Shown here: positions 15,566-31,209 of the stretch, piece after piece
Position numbering within the stretch: the stretch's first letter is position 1
How the letters are laid out: each line of letters starts with the position of its first letter
Source: the human T2T-CHM13v2.0 reference genome, Homo sapiens
Reading direction: 5' to 3' (one strand)
Assembly (NCBI RefSeq): GCF_009914755.1
Contig: NC_060929.1
DNA: 64,000 nucleotides
Program-made: the position numbers and the translations under genes
The notes under the pieces: model-generated
Databases searched by the model: none
What the model was told of the DNA's origin: nothing
Seen by the model: only the letters and a program-made list of their open reading frames with translations

Positions 15566-15835
15566 GGCCAGGTGCGGTAGCTCATGCCTGTAATTTCAGC
15601 ACTTTGGAAGACCAAAGAGTTTGAGACCAGCCTAGGCAACATGGTGAAACCCCATCTCTATAAAAAAATACAAAAAAAAAAAAAAAAAATTAGCTGGGTG
15701 TGGTGGCATGTGCCTGTAGTCCCAGCTACTGCAGGGGCTGAGGCAGAAGGATCGCTTGAGCCCAGGAGGTCGAGGCTGCAGTGAGCCACTGCACTCCAGC
15801 CCGGCCGACAAAGTGAGACCTTGTCTCAAATAAAA
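15566..15835 (+). mobile_element. AluJ-like with internal deletions
   Basis: gatcgcttgagcccaggaggtcgaggctgcagtgagc; left arm shortened. Confidence 0.9.
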
Positions 15836-15849
15836 GGCACATGTGAACA

Positions 15850-16270
15850 AATACAAGCATAATGCTTAAAAACACAAGTGGTAAAAGACTGTACAGACCA
15901 TCTGCACCTAGTTTTCTCATTTATGAGCTCTGGATATGTTTCATATTATATATAAAGATCAACCTCATTCTTTATAACTACTCTACAATAGTTCAGTGAA
16001 TGAACATACCATGATTCATTTGCTTTGGGTCCTATTGGAATTTAGGTAGCTCCCAAGACATTTTCTTTGCAAATAACACTTACCTAAACATCTCTGGGGA
16101 CTTAAATGAGATTATGTTTAAGTAAATTTATCAAAGTTAAATTGATAGATTGAAGAGTATGTGTATTTTCAATTTTGGTAGCTGTTGCCAGATTGCCTGT
16201 TGAGGGGGTTATACCAATTGGCATTCCCACCGTCAGTGTGAAAGATGGCCCAGCACCCTTGCCAATTCAG
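15850..16270 (-). mobile_element. Old L1M fragment (L1ME-like)
   Basis: tgttgccagattgcc...taccaattggcattcccaccgtcagtgtg resembles reverse L1 ORF2 end. Confidence 0.55.
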
Positions 16271-16523
16271 CATCCTCTGAATTCTTACCAAGAACTCAAG
16301 AACTCTCTCTAATCACATCTAAATTTCATGGGAAGGAGTTGAATATGCCGTCTGAAGTCAAGATAACCATGGGCCATATATACTGATGAAGGCTTTCTTC
16401 GCAATTTACATTAGTTTTCTAAGACAATGGGATAGAGGACAGATTTTCCCTACTCTGGTATTTGCCATCATTGTTGTTAAGTAATGTTTGGTCATTGTAG
16501 CAATATTAGAAAATGGATAAGGA

Positions 16524-16825
16524 CGGTGGCTCACGCCTCTAATCCCAGCACTTTGGGAGACCGAGGCGGGTGGATCACCTGAGGTCAGGAGTTCAAGACC
16601 AGCCTGGCCAATGTGGTGAAACCCCATCTCTACTAAAAATACAAAAATTAGCCAGGCGTGGTGGTGGACACCTGTAATCCCAGCTACTTGGGAGGCTGAG
16701 GCAGGAGAATCAATTGAACCTGGGAGGCGAGGCGGAGGTTGCAGTGAGCCAAGATTGTGCCATTGTACTCCAGCCTGGGCAACAGGAGTGAAACTCCGTC
16801 TCAAAAAAAAAAAAAAAAAAAAAAA
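16524..16825 (+). mobile_element. AluS, slightly 5'-truncated
   Basis: Alu body and poly(A); TSD agaaMatggataagga. Confidence 0.95.
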
Positions 16826-16854
16826 GAACATGGATAAGGAAAAAAAATAAAATC

Positions 16855-17355
16855 ACTCTTAAGTATTTACGTGAGGGAAATGAAAACTTGCATTCACACG
16901 AGGACTCATATAATTCAATGTTCATAGCAGCTTTATTCGTAATAACCCAAATTTGGAAACAATCCAAATGCCCATCAACAGGGGAATGGATTGACACACT
17001 GAAGTATACCCATACTCTGGAATACTACTCAGTAGTAACAAAGAACACATTACTGACAATACAACACAGGGTGAATTTCAAAATACTACGCTAAGTGAAA
17101 GATGTTAGCTACATAAGGTAACATACTGTGTGATTCCATTTATATGAAATAGTTCTACAGGCAAAACTACAGTGACAGAAAGCAGATTGGTGTTCGCCAG
17201 GATCCATGCATGGGAGAGAGGACTGGCTGAAGACAGAAGGACATTTTGGTGGTGGTTACATGGCTATTCACTGGTCAAGATAAATAGAATCATACAGATG
17301 AAATGGATGCATTTTTTAGGTAGATTAAATCTCAATAAAGTTGACTTAAAAAATA
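16855..17355 (+). mobile_element. L1M 3' region
   Basis: aatgttcatagcagctttattcgtaata...ggaaacaatccaaatgcccatcaac...ctcaataaagttg. Confidence 0.85.
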
Positions 17356-18294
17356 AAATCATCTAAATTCCTATCACTTATAGTTGACAATTGCTATCAT
17401 TTGGTTTATGTCCTTCAGGCTTTTTTCCCCATGCAAATATATACATATATAAAATCATATTCAAACTTTTAAATGTACCTTCCATTTTATTTAATTAAAT
17501 TGGAATATATGATTTGATAATCTGCTTTGTTAAACAAAATACTAATAATATATTGGTTAGATTTTTTAATGGTTTAATTCCTTATCTCAAACTGTATTCT
17601 CATTCCTAAGCAGCTTGACCTTCCCATCTACCCAACTATGGTAGAGTAACCCAATTTGAGGAAGCTCTGTGACTCTTTGCATCTCTTTTTCAAGACAGCT
17701 TTTTCACTTTTTCCTTCTCTCTACAAGATGTGTGGATTAAACTGGCCCGGGACAGATGGCAGCCAGCTCGCAGCCTAGCCGGGGTCATGTTTCCAAAGTG
17801 CAGGCGGAGTCAGCATTTGCTGAAAGCCGGGCCAGACTCCATCCTCAGCTTGTAGGCCACTCACAGGGAGAAACTCAAAAAGGCTCCAAAGAGAACCAGA
17901 GGTCCTTTACCCTCCACTGTTTGGAGAAAAAGTCTCAAAGTAACTGAGAGGGAGGCTTTGTTCTTTGCCTTTGTTCCACATGAGGCCCTCCCACATTCTC
18001 CAATCCACTGTCATAATGTGGGACCTCCTTGCCTGACAACATTCTAAGGGATTGACAAATTAAGAGCAATGAAGGCTTGGATATTAGGCACAAAGGACTC
18101 AATGTGAGCCACAACCATCACCTATCTCATCTCCACTCCTGGCCAGATGCCGAACAGCACACAGGAAAATCCAACACAGACAACAGACACTTGCCTTACA
18201 TGTGTGGAAGTTCCCCCACTTTTTATTCTCAGGCCTCTTCACTCTCATTTTAATTTTGGATTGATTTCCCCCAATTGTTTTAAACACTGTTAAC

Positions 18295-18640
18295 AGTGAG
18301 TCAGATTAATGTAGATTCATATTTTGACTCTGCTATGTGACCTTGGACAAACTACCTAACCTTGCTGAGTCCGAGTTTCTTCATCTTTTAAAGAAGGATA
18401 ATCCCACCAACCCCACTGGGTTGTTACAGCAATTAAATGATATAAGAATAATAATTAACATTTGAAGTGCTTACTGTGTGTTAGTGCTAACTCTTTTACA
18501 AACATTCTCTGCATTAAGTACTACCTTTAGTCTCTATGAAGAAACCAAGCTTAGTAGAGAAGCTAGCAATTGGCTCAGGACTAGTGGGGAGACTAAGACT
18601 CGAACCCAGATCTCTTCTCATTTCAATGCCAAGTCTGTAT
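18295..18640. mobile_element. Two adjacent MIR fragments in opposite orientation
   Basis: tgtgaccttggacaaactacctaacct...agtttcttcatct; then gaagaaaccaagcttag...ctcgaacccagatct. Confidence 0.65.
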
Positions 18641-18649
18641 TCTGCATGC

Positions 18650-18825
18650 CAGTCGTTCTCAAAAGTTATAGAATCAGCTGTGGAGTGGTTTAAACATGCA
18701 GATTCCTGGGCCTTGACCAGAAATCAGGATTCAGTTAGTTGCTAACAGGGCTCAGGAACCTGCATTCTAAATAAGGTCTGGGAGATTCTGGAGCAGGTGG
18801 TTTTCAAACTATGCTTGGAAACATT
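18650..18825. mobile_element. MER5-like hAT-Charlie fossil
   Basis: cagtcgttctcaaa...atgcagattcctgggcc...caggaacctgcattctaa. Confidence 0.7.
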
Positions 18826-19925
18826 GCACGTGGCTACAATGAAACCATGCAATTATTACTTTACCATTATGACTTTAAAAAACAATTAGAGAAAAATTCT
18901 AGAGTAGGCCGGGGAAGGGAACTGTAGGACTTATGAGTCGTTGACTCTACTTTGTTCTCAAAGAACAGGCAATCAATGACAAGAGTCGAGATGGTGCTGG
19001 TGACAGAGAGGCACATAGATGTGCATGTATTGAGGAAACAATCTGTCTAAATAAACAATGATGAGTCAAGCTAAAGAATGTGTTGGTCCCTCGGTATTTG
19101 GAGTCTTTGGGATGCTTCAGTGAAAATGACCAGTGGTGTGTGACTTTGAAGAAGTAGGGCAAAGTCACTCACTTCTGGAACATGCCAGGGCCATACCCTG
19201 ATGTAGGCAGAGTGCTCAGCCTCAAAACACTACAAGATGTAGTAGAAAGGGATGTTCAAGTCCAGGAACAGTGCTCTGCTTTGTACAATTAGCAATGGTC
19301 CATGTGAGTTGGTTTTGGGAAGATCTGCTCCCATATTTGCCTCCCCCGAGCCTTCTTGATTGCCACGATTAGAGTCGCTTTTTCAAGGCCTTGGCAGGCA
19401 GTTGGATTTAAACTGATTCAAGGGATTATGGCATCAAGACTTGCTAACATATTAGCAAGATTATTGACACCTGCAGCTGCAGGAAAAACCAGAATCTTCC
19501 ATTCACATCCTTGGCCTGCAGCAGGCTCACCCCAGTGACTGGGAGGCATGATCTATATCAGAGGCCAGTAGTTGAATGGGACCCACAGATGACTGGATTT
19601 GCCCAACATGGTATGGACACTTAGTGCTTAAGAAGATTTTGCATTAGGTGCCAACATCTCAAAATCAAGTAATTTCAAATAAAATTTTAAATTTCTTGTT
19701 TCTAAATCAGAGAAAATCCCAAGACTACCAAACCAAACCCCAAAACTCCTTCTCCTCTAACCCCGCAAGCCAATAGCCCAACTGTAAGATAATCTCTGTG
19801 TGCATCAATGAAGGATGAAGGATGCATGAGGATGAGGGTGCAGAATACTAACATTGTATTTATTGAGCACCTACTTTGTGCCAGGCTCTACTGAATAAGT
19901 CCTTTCCATGTGTCATCTCATTTGA

Positions 19926-20064
19926 CTTATTTATTTTTTGAGTCAGGTCTCACTGTGTTGCCCAGGCTGGAGTGCACTGGTGCCATCACGGCTCACTGCA
20001 ACTTTGAACTCCTGGGTTCAAGCAATTCTCCCACTTTAGTCTCCCTAGCAGCTGGAACTGTAGG
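19926..20064 (-). mobile_element. Alu right-arm fragment (AluJ/FRAM-like)
   Basis: ggtctcactgtgttgcccaggctggagtgc...ctcctgggttcaagcaattctccc. Confidence 0.85.
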
Positions 20065-20097
20065 TTCATTTAACTTTCACGTTAAAAATTATGGCTT

Positions 20098-20426
<329 letters not shown>

Positions 20427-20884
20427 TTATGGTTTGGTTAAGGATTAATCATCCTTATTTTATTGAAAAGGAAATGAAGGCTTAGGGAGGAGAAGCAGTG
20501 TGCCCAAGATCACCAGCTAGCAAAACAGAAAGAGAAAATCTCACCTATTCTATTGGAGAATGGGATCTTTCTGGGGTAAGAGGTGGCCACATATCAATGG
20601 GACTCCCTAGAAGCTTGCAGGACTCATGGAGCAGGCCCCCTGCAGATAGGAGGGCACACAGTATGTTTAAGAGGGGACCTGTCACTCTGGTTGGCCTGTG
20701 GTTGCCGGGCAGGACTGGGCACCCAGTGTTAACACTTTTAATTTCTCCAGAGAAGCTGGAAATCCAGACTTTCAAGCAAAATTTACTGATTTTTTGAAAC
20801 CCCATAAAAAGAAACTTGAAGTTGTTTGGAGCTGGGATTTGGATCACAGTTTTTGCCTTTCATTAAATACTTCTCTAATCTGTG

Positions 20885-21110
20885 GCAGCATAGCAGAGTG
20901 GTTCAGGTTACAGGTTCTAGATGTAAACTGAGTTCAAATCCCAGTTCTGCCACTCAGTGACTATGTGACCCTGGGTAAATCATTTCACTTTTGTATGCCT
21001 CCGTTTTATCATCTGTAAACTGGTGATGGTAATCACTAGGTTGTCACAAGGATTAAGGGAGATAATAGGTAGAAATTAATAAGAACTGTGTCTGATATGC
21101 AGTCAGGGTT
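20885..21110 (+). mobile_element. MIR
   Basis: gagttcaaatcccagttctgccact...tgtgaccctgggtaaatcatttcac...catctgtaaa. Confidence 0.85.
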
Positions 21111-22574
21111 TGACAAAAGCTTATTGCCTACTAAGAAGGAAAGTCTCTGAGGCTTCATTCCTTCCTTGACACAGCCTCTGTTTATTTGGTGTACATGTCG
21201 GCAGTGGGGAGATATGATCACCTGGGGGTAAATTATGGGCTTTAGAAGTTATCTCAGACAAATACCCCATCTCTCAGCCCAAGAAATGGTGTTGTCTCTA
21301 TTAGCAGAAAGAGGAGTACAACCTTAAAAACAGAATGCTAATTAGCTGGGAAATCTTGGAACTGCTACTGGACCATGTGCTGTATGTACCAAACCTTATC
21401 CACTGGGTACTTACTTGTCTGGCTAGGAAGTTTTCCTGGCAGACACAGTACCCAGGAACGGATCATTGGCATTTAAAAGTAATTTAGGTTTGCGCACTTG
21501 TGCCTGGGGACTGCGTACAGAGAGAACTTTAAAGGAGAATGTTAACAATGGCAAATAATAGCTGTCGGTGTAAATGGACACATCGTAACACATCCATTTA
21601 TAGAGCTGAATGCTTGTGGCAGACACAGAAGTGCTCCGTGCCGGCACGGCAGGCGCTATGCATATGGATGTGTCAGTTCTGATACAAGCCTGCTCTGAAA
21701 CATCTGCTCCAATAAAAGAGACCCACATGTACCATGAGCAGTATTGCGGCAGAGATCTCAGGCTCTGAAAACCACCGTCCTGCACTCTGCACAAGCAACT
21801 TATTTATTCATCTAGCAAATATTTTTGATGACTGGCTCACGATGTCTTCACATGAGTCTCTAATAATTCTCTTTCCAGAACTGGCTGTTGCCCCCAGATG
21901 CAAAGTAGTTTATCTGGGGCTACAAGAAGGAAGGGAGAATGGCCAAGAAAGCCAGTTAAACTTTGCCCTGCTGCAGAAATCCCTAACCAGTCCCAAGGAT
22001 ATCTGGAAACTTTCAAAAGCCCTAAGCCCCATTCCAGGTAATCACCTCCCAGTCAACACCAACCCTTCTCCTTTCCTTTCCTCCCACAGTGAGCCCAGCT
22101 CAGACCCTCAACCTTGGAGTTGAGCTTCCAAAGTCCAGCTCTGAGTCCAGAGACCTGGCATTATCCTGATTCTCTTTTCTGCTGTCCCTACCTGGTGCTG
22201 GCTTCTTGACCCTGCCACGGAATTTTACCTCAATGACAAAACCTAGCTCCTTCCTGGTGGAAGATGGCCTCAAAGAACCATCAAACTCTGTGATATGAGT
22301 AGACCTGAAAGATTATTTATCAAGTCCAGTGGTTATTTTTCAAGCCTTTTTTCTCCCCATAGGCTCTTTGTGACACAAAATCTCATGTTGCACACTAATG
22401 TCAAAAGAGGCAATTTAAATCTTTATCACTGTTGAAAATAACTATTTGTGGGCTCTTGAAGCACCAGAGTTTCTCAGAATACAAGGTGAAATTCACTGAT
22501 TTTATGTCAATGATTTATTTTAATAGAAGAGGAAATCCAGACGACAGGGTTTGGTGACAGCCTGAGGGTGGTTC

Positions 22575-23015
22575 TAGTACTGGTTTCCCATGGCTGCTAT
22601 AACGAATTACCACAAACTGAGCGTCTTAACATAACACGAATTTATTGTCTTAGAATGCTGGAGGTCAGAAGTCCTAGATCAGTTTCACTGTGCTCGTGTC
22701 AAGGTGTCAGCAGGACTGCGTTCCTTCTGGACGCCCCAGGGTACAATCTGTTTTCCTGTCTTTTCCAGGATCGGGGTTGTCCTCCTTCCCTGAATCACGT
22801 GGTCTTTTCTCTCTCTCTGCTTCCAGCACATGTCTTTTTTCTTATGAAGACCCTTCTGATTACATTGGATCCCCTCAAATAATCCAGGATAATCTATCCA
22901 CTTGAAGAACCTGAATTCTTGATTTGTAATCCTTTTTGCTATGTGGAGTACACATTCACATACATTAGAGTTTAGGATGTAGGCATTTTTAGAAGAGCCA
23001 TTTTTCAGCCTACCC
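22575..23015 (-). mobile_element. MLT1 (ERVL-MaLR) solo LTR
   Basis: ggctgctataacgaattaccacaaact...ggaggtcagaagtcc...tcaaggtgtcagcagg...ataatccaggataatct...ttcagcctacc. Confidence 0.85.
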
Positions 23016-23384
23016 TAGGCAGGCAGCGGTTAATAGCGGAGCTGGGACTCCTCAGTTCTTTTCGTCCTTTCCATGTCTTGGTGGGGACAAGAGGAAGGGA
23101 CAGGGCAGGGAAGTTACACCCTCTTTTTCTCTGGCCTACTTTATACCTAGCCCATTAGAAGCCATATGCCGGAAGAGGTCAGCCCCACTCAAAGAAATAA
23201 CAGAAAGAGTGATGAAGTTAAATATCTTTACTAGTTAGGGAGGGTCATTTCAGAGCCAGGAAACTATAAATATGACTTTTTTTGGGGGCACATATTTGTC
23301 TAGGAAGGGAAGATTTAGTCTCTAAGATGTGATAACCTGGGCCTAGTTAATTCTCAGAGATGGAATAAAAGCAGCAATAATAAT

Positions 23385-23555
23385 TACTACTCTTCAAAAC
23401 AACATCATAAAGGGGGATTATATTATTTCCACTTAACATATGGGTTAACTGAGGCTAAGGAGGAGGCATGCAATTTGCTTAAGGTCATAAAGGTGGTAAG
23501 AACCAGGATTTGACTCCAGGCAGCCTGACTCCAGAGTCTGAGCACTTCACCATTA
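23385..23555 (-). mobile_element. MIR
   Basis: aactgaggct...ttgcttaaggtca...ccaggatttgactccaggcagcctgactccagag. Confidence 0.75.
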
Positions 23556-23859
23556 TGTCAACCTCCTCAGAGATTCTTTGGGGAAGCACAGCTACGGGAA
23601 TGGGCAGGGTCTTTGGACCACTGGTCTTTTCTCTGAAGGAGAGACTTTCACACTCATACGCTTCACACTGTGGCTGGGAAGCTGAGTCAGGGCTTGGCTG
23701 TCCTGCTGACCTGCTCTATGCACTTTGACACATGGGAGTCACTTACCCTTTTTCAAAGAAGAAAAAGGAGACTCTTATCTGAGAGTATGAAAAACCAAAT
23801 AAATATAAGCTGTTGTGAAAATGAAAGAATTTACCTGCATGATTAAAAGCTCACACTTG

Positions 23860-24220
23860 AGGGTTTGGGGGAATGGAAGGAAGGATGAATAGGTGGGACA
23901 CAGGGAAATTTTAGGGCACTGACACTATTCTGTATAACACTGTAATAGTGGATACATGTCATTACACACTTGTCAAAACCCATCCAACGTACAAACCAAA
24001 CGGTGAACTCTAATGTAAACTAGGGACTTTAGTTAGTAATGTATCAATATTGGCTCAGCAGTGGTAACAAACATACCACACTAAAGCAAGGTGTTAATAG
24101 CAAGAGAAACTGTATGGTTGTGTGTTGGGGGTATATGGAAACTCTCTACACTTTCCACTCAATTCTTCTGTAAACCTCAAAATGCTCTAAAAATATAAAA
24201 ATGCTCTAAAAATTAAAGTC
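23860..24220 (+). mobile_element. L1MC/MD-like 3' end
   Basis: gtggatacatgtcattacacacttgtcaaaaccc...ctaatgtaaactagggacttt...tatatggaaactctct. Confidence 0.85.
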
Positions 24221-24234
24221 TTTTTTTTTTTTAA

Positions 24235-24573
<339 letters not shown>

Positions 24574-24982
24574 AAAAGTTCATACTTTCAGACAATCTTG
24601 ATGGTCTTCTTGGAAATTCTGTCCCAACTGTGACCTTCACAGCCTGCTCCTACCTTGGGTCTTGGCTGATACCAAGCCAGAAATGCTTTTCCAACACTCC
24701 CCATGAATCTGTCTGTATCTGCTGTTTCCTTCCAGGCATCCCTCCATGCTCACCAAATCTCAGGGTTTTTCCCGGCCAATCTCTCAGAAAAACACTGCCT
24801 GAGAGTCCACGCTAATCTTGGGATCCCGCTGTAGCCTTGCCATGACCCATTCTGTGGCCTTGTGGCCTTGGGAGAGTTTCTGAATTTAAGCCTCAATTTC
24901 CACCTCTATACCTAGAGGATAAGCAACTTTTCCCTAGTGGTCCTGCAAGACTGTTGCAGTAATTAAACAAGATAATACATAT

Positions 24983-25255
24983 GGCCGGTATAGTGACTCA
25001 CACTCGTAATCCCAGCATTTTGGGAGGCTTAGGCAGGCAGATCACTTGAACCCAGTAGTTCAAGACCAGTCTGGGCAACATGGCAAAATCCTGTCTCTAC
25101 AAAAAAAAAAAAAAATTAGCCGGGTGTGGTGGCTCACACCTGTAATCCTAGCTACTTGGGAGGCTGAGGCAGAAGATCGCTTGAGCCCAGGAGGCAGAGG
25201 CTGCAGTAAGCCAAGGTCCTGCCACTGCACTCTAGCCTGGTTGACAGCGAGACTT
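24983..25255 (+). mobile_element. AluJ-like, inserted in a MIR
   Basis: gatcgcttgagcccaggaggcagaggctgcag; flanks aagataataca on both sides. Confidence 0.88.
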
Positions 25256-26619
25256 ACTTTCTCTCTCTCTCAAAGATAAGATAATACACGTGAAGGCTGC
25301 GTGCAAACCAGAAAGCAACGTACAAATGCGAGGCACAGAGTTTCTCCCTCCTGGACTCCTCACTAGTATTTTCTCTATTTTATAGACTAAGAGTTGAGAA
25401 ACCTGCCCAAGCTCACATAGGTAGTGAGAGGCAAAGCTGAAAAAAAAAACCAAACCTGATTCCAAAACTCATACTTTTAATCACTATACTCACTTGGTCC
25501 CAATAAGATAAAGAATCAGAACATCAACGAATACCAGAGCCTCAAAGTATGATCTCCATGTTAATACTCATCTCCTCCTAAGTCCCTTACATTTCTCTGT
25601 GGAGCTAAAAATCACCAGGCAAAGACTCAGTCCAATGGCAAATGTCTCCTAAGACCCCTGAGTCGTACTTTGAGGGGGTCAGAATCACTGTTCCTTTTTG
25701 CCAGAGTATATAAAAGACAGGATTATATTTTATATGCCTGTTTTAAACAACTTGCTTGCTGTACATTTAGTGCTCAAAGGGGTTAAATACTTGGGATGAG
25801 TTAAAAAAAAAATTCGTCCACAAATCAAATTGTCTCAGATAATAAATTGTACTGCTGGCTTTAAAATAATAGTCTCCATTATCCTGAAAAAACATCAGTG
25901 CTTCTCTGGGCTCCTTCTTGTTGCCTTGACTTTATTCTTCTTTGCAAGGATATCATCATGCCCCTTCATTCATTCATTCATTCAGGGTTTCAGCTGTTCC
26001 CTAAAAACGGGAGTCTCTTTGTTCTGCAAGTCACTTATTCCTTCGCTTATTGTTTATTGAGCATTACATACTAGGCATAGGACTAACTCTTAAAAACAGA
26101 ACAATGAAAAAGGCAGACTCAACCTCTCCTTTTACGTAACTTACAGGCTATAGGAGGAGGAGGACAGCTGAGTAGACAGTTATAACGCAGGGAGGGGTGT
26201 TTTAGGAAATATGCAAAGTCTGCCAGAAGACCTGTGGTACTGTCTATGAAACTGTGTCATCTTGGCCTAGAAGAAATTCTACTTGTCACCAATGCAACTT
26301 CCAATCCCAGGCAGAAATTCTGGGATGGGGCATTTACCACCACTCTCTCCTTGCTTTTAGATAATACTGTATATGTCTTTATCAGACTAATGGAGTCAAA
26401 TCTACCTGTTTCTTCTACTATTTTTCTCATTTCAGGAAATTTAACTAATCAGCTGGTATTTATCGAGCACTTATGCCATTGGCCCTGGGGCAAATAGAGA
26501 AGAGTGCCCTGGGGCGTGCTTATCCTGTGATATATGCTTGCTGTGTATGTCTCCCCCTGTAGACAAAAATTCACTAGAGCAGGACCGTGTCTTAGTCATC
26601 TTTCTTAAGATTTGCTTCA

Positions 26620-27462
<843 letters not shown>

Positions 27463-27849
27463 TAGACATGACCCCTGTCTTTAGATAGCATTTTTAGGTA
27501 GCACTCAGCAAACTGGGGCCCAGTGCAACTTCCTCTAGCAGCAATTCTGAACCTGACACTCTCAGTCAGGAATGCAAAGCAGGGAAGGCTGGGGAACTTG
27601 CTGCACTTCCCAGAGATGATAAATCTGCATGGCCTTGCCTCAGATGAGCAGATTTTCCTAAATCCCCCTTCAAGATGCAGCACCCCATTTGAGACGAGAG
27701 CCAGGCACTCTTCCTGCGTCAGAGCCGGCTTGCACTGAAGTACACCTCTGTCTCTGGTTGATAAGCCCTGGTAACAGGCACTCAGTTCCCCCACCCAGCT
27801 AGCCCCTGAGTCCCTGCAGTTTGACTCTGCCTTTTTAGATCCACTTTAC

Positions 27850-29030
27850 TTGCTCGATTTAGGTCCCCCATATTTCTGAACAACTGCACAAGTCTCCTCT
27901 CTGCCCACACAGCTTCAGTCTCTGCCTCTCAGCAATCTACCCTCCCCACTGCTGCTGAAGCTGTTTTTCTTAAGTGAAAATCTGATCATGCCACTCCCCT
28001 ATGAGGAACCCCCCAATAAACCCCCATTGCTCTATGGATCATGGGGTTCAAGGTCCTCCCTTCCTGCACCTCCCCATCTCCCTAACCTCATTGCTCTTTA
28101 TTGCCTCTCTTGCTAGCTATACTCCAGGCACAAATCTCTCACGAGCATCAACTCTTTCACACACCTCTGTCCCTTTACATATGTTGGTGAATTTTCACAT
28201 GCTGTTCCTTCTTCCTGCAATACATTTCCCCTAGATGAACTCCTATGCATCCTTCAAGACCCAACTCATGTCATTTCCTGAGTGAAGCCAGAATGAGACC
28301 TGTCTCCCTGGGCTTCCACATATAGTTGTCCTTAGCTCCAACGAAGCCTTAATCCATGGCCTATGACTGCGGGTTTACTAATTGACTCCCTCACTAGTAA
28401 ACTTAATTTTGTCATCTGGAAAATGGGAATATCATTAGACTGTGAGTTCTTCGGATACAAGAATGGCACCTTATTCTTTCCTATAGTATATTATTCTTAC
28501 ACAATAATAATACAATATGGTATATTATTATTTCTATAGTATATGGTATATATAATTTTCATATAAAGCATTTTAACAATGTGTATGATTTCTGGTATGT
28601 AACGGGCCATCGGCAAACACCTGTGAAATGAATGAACAAAGTCATTCTTTCAATACATTTCTAGTCCACTTTACTCCTGCCATGAACCATTTGGGTACTG
28701 GGGACAACACAGTGATTGAAACAGGCAGGATATCTGTGTACACAGGTTTGCTATGTGCATCCAGAGACAAGTAATAACAGGATAACATCCAGTAACAAGA
28801 AATAAATGAGATAATTTCAGAGGGTGATAAGTGCTCTGAAGAAATATGACTGGGTGATGGGATAGAGAGGGAAGGCAGTGGGGGACAGTAGGCAACATTT
28901 GAGCCGGGATGTGAAGGATCAGAAGGAGCTGGCTGTGTGGAGGTCTGAGGGTGTAGCATCTTATGTTAAGGGAGCAGCAAGTGCAAAGGTCCTGGGGCAG
29001 GAAGGAGCTTGGGGTGTTCAGGGAATGTAA
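27850..29030. mobile_element. L2 fragments in both orientations meeting near 28640-28660
   Basis: aaatctgatcatgccactccc, tccttcaagacccaactc, aatgaatgaa; then cattctttcaatacattt...cagcaagtgcaaaggtcctggggcagga. Confidence 0.7.
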
Positions 29031-30307
29031 AGGAGCATGGGAAGCATGAGATAAGTGAGAGCACCCAGTTCACGTACAGCCTTGCAGGACAAGACCAGGA
29101 GTGTGGACACTGCTCCAGGTGCAGTGACAAAACAAATGGCTGCTGAGATGAGCAGACAGAGATGCTACCAACGAACGGGTGCTGGTGTCCCTCCCCACAC
29201 CTCCCTCACCCTCACATGAGATTACCACCTGCTCACCGGGGCGGAGACAGCCCTCATTAATCTCAGGAAGCAGGAGGGCAGACACGGGCGGTGCGGCAAC
29301 ACAGACTAACTAGAGAACACAAAGGCTGCCTGCCCAGCTTTGTTTTCAAAGCGTCAATTCCAAATTCTGCTAGCTGGCAGAGACAGGGGTTATTGATTTT
29401 CCCTTCTGGAATGCATGTCCTACACAGTCCTCGCAAATAGAAACTGAAAAACAGAGGAAAACATAACTGCTGAGAAAGACAGGGCAAGGGGACATTTAAA
29501 AAAAAACAATCCCTACTGGTTTTTGTCTTTTTCTTATTAGGCTTGGCTGGATTGTGGCCTGTCATCTCTCTTGTTTTCCCAATTCATTTCCTTTGGTTCT
29601 ATCTCTACGTCTTTCCGTGATTTCTTTTTCTTTCCCTCCTCTCTCCTTTTCGCTGTGCCTTTGCCCAGTACCTAGCACAGTTTCTGCATACAGTAGGCAT
29701 TTCATACTGGAGTGGTGAGTGTTGGTCTCTCTACAGGACAGTCTCTCTAAGGGTCTCTTTCTTCATCCAGATCACTTTGTCCATCGAACCGCCTGTCTCT
29801 CTTTAAATACAGCACCTTCCGCCCTTCTAGGCAAGTAGTGGAGAATGAGACCAGCCCATTAAACCAGCTTTCAGTAATTGCGTAGAGTGGCATCCCCAGA
29901 TAATTACGTTCTCTCTCTTCTCTGGAGAAGCAGGAAGCAATTAGGGACTTCCTTCTGCTGTCTGGAGGGGCAGGCGTCCAGTCCCTTCACTGAGAGCATC
30001 ATGCTTGTGGCTCCTCAGGTCCACAGGGCTCAGAGGCCGCCTGCGTCCTTTCTCTTGGCTCTGATAAAAGTTGCATGCTTGCCTACTTGCTTAGGTGAAT
30101 AGGGACTCTGCTCTGTAGCAGCTTCTGGTCACTTTATTGTTCCTGTTTGCAGGCATGGCTGTGAGAAAAGGAACCCGGGTAGACAGAAGTGTCCATGGCG
30201 AAAGTCCAAAAGATGGTTGGGTGTGTTACTGATGGATGGTAGCTTAGTTGCAGAGGCCTAGGCCTAATTTTATCTGCTGACTTTTACCAACTTATACACA
30301 TTGATGA

Positions 30308-30664
<357 letters not shown>

Positions 30665-31209
30665 TGAAGGGAAATGTCAGCGCAAGCAAAGAAAATATAC
30701 GTCAAAACTACAAAATTATTTTTTAAACCAGATAGTTTTTTATTTTCTCCGTGTAGTAAAGCGTATGGTGTTACACATAGGCCCAACTGGTTGTCATTTT
30801 ACATAGCATGCAGTTTGAAGCTGGATATGCCAGCAGTTTATCTTCTAGTCTTTAAGGTAATAGTGGAATGGTGTGAATTCCCTGAGCTCACACACTGTGG
30901 TGGAGCAGGCTTGGGGGCTGGGTAGTGGTTCTCAAACAAGCTGATGACAAGGATATGCATCTCTGAGATTTAAAATTTGCTATTTATCATTCACAAGGTA
31001 GACAATCTCCATAACTGAGGACTGGTAGGAGGAGGAGTGTTTCCTTAGCAGGTTTTATAGAAATTTAATTTGTGCTAAATGTCTCTTATTTTCCATGTGC
31101 CGATGCATATTTAAACATACAGCTTCATTATCACCTCTGTCCAGATGCTTCTCCTCCATGAAGCATCAGCTCCTCAGCTCAGGTCCTACAGTTCTAATTA
31201 CTCACATGA

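Noticed and set aside
24180-24215. aaatgctctaaaaat repeated twice
   Set aside because: Short slippage duplication at an L1 3' end; unremarkable.
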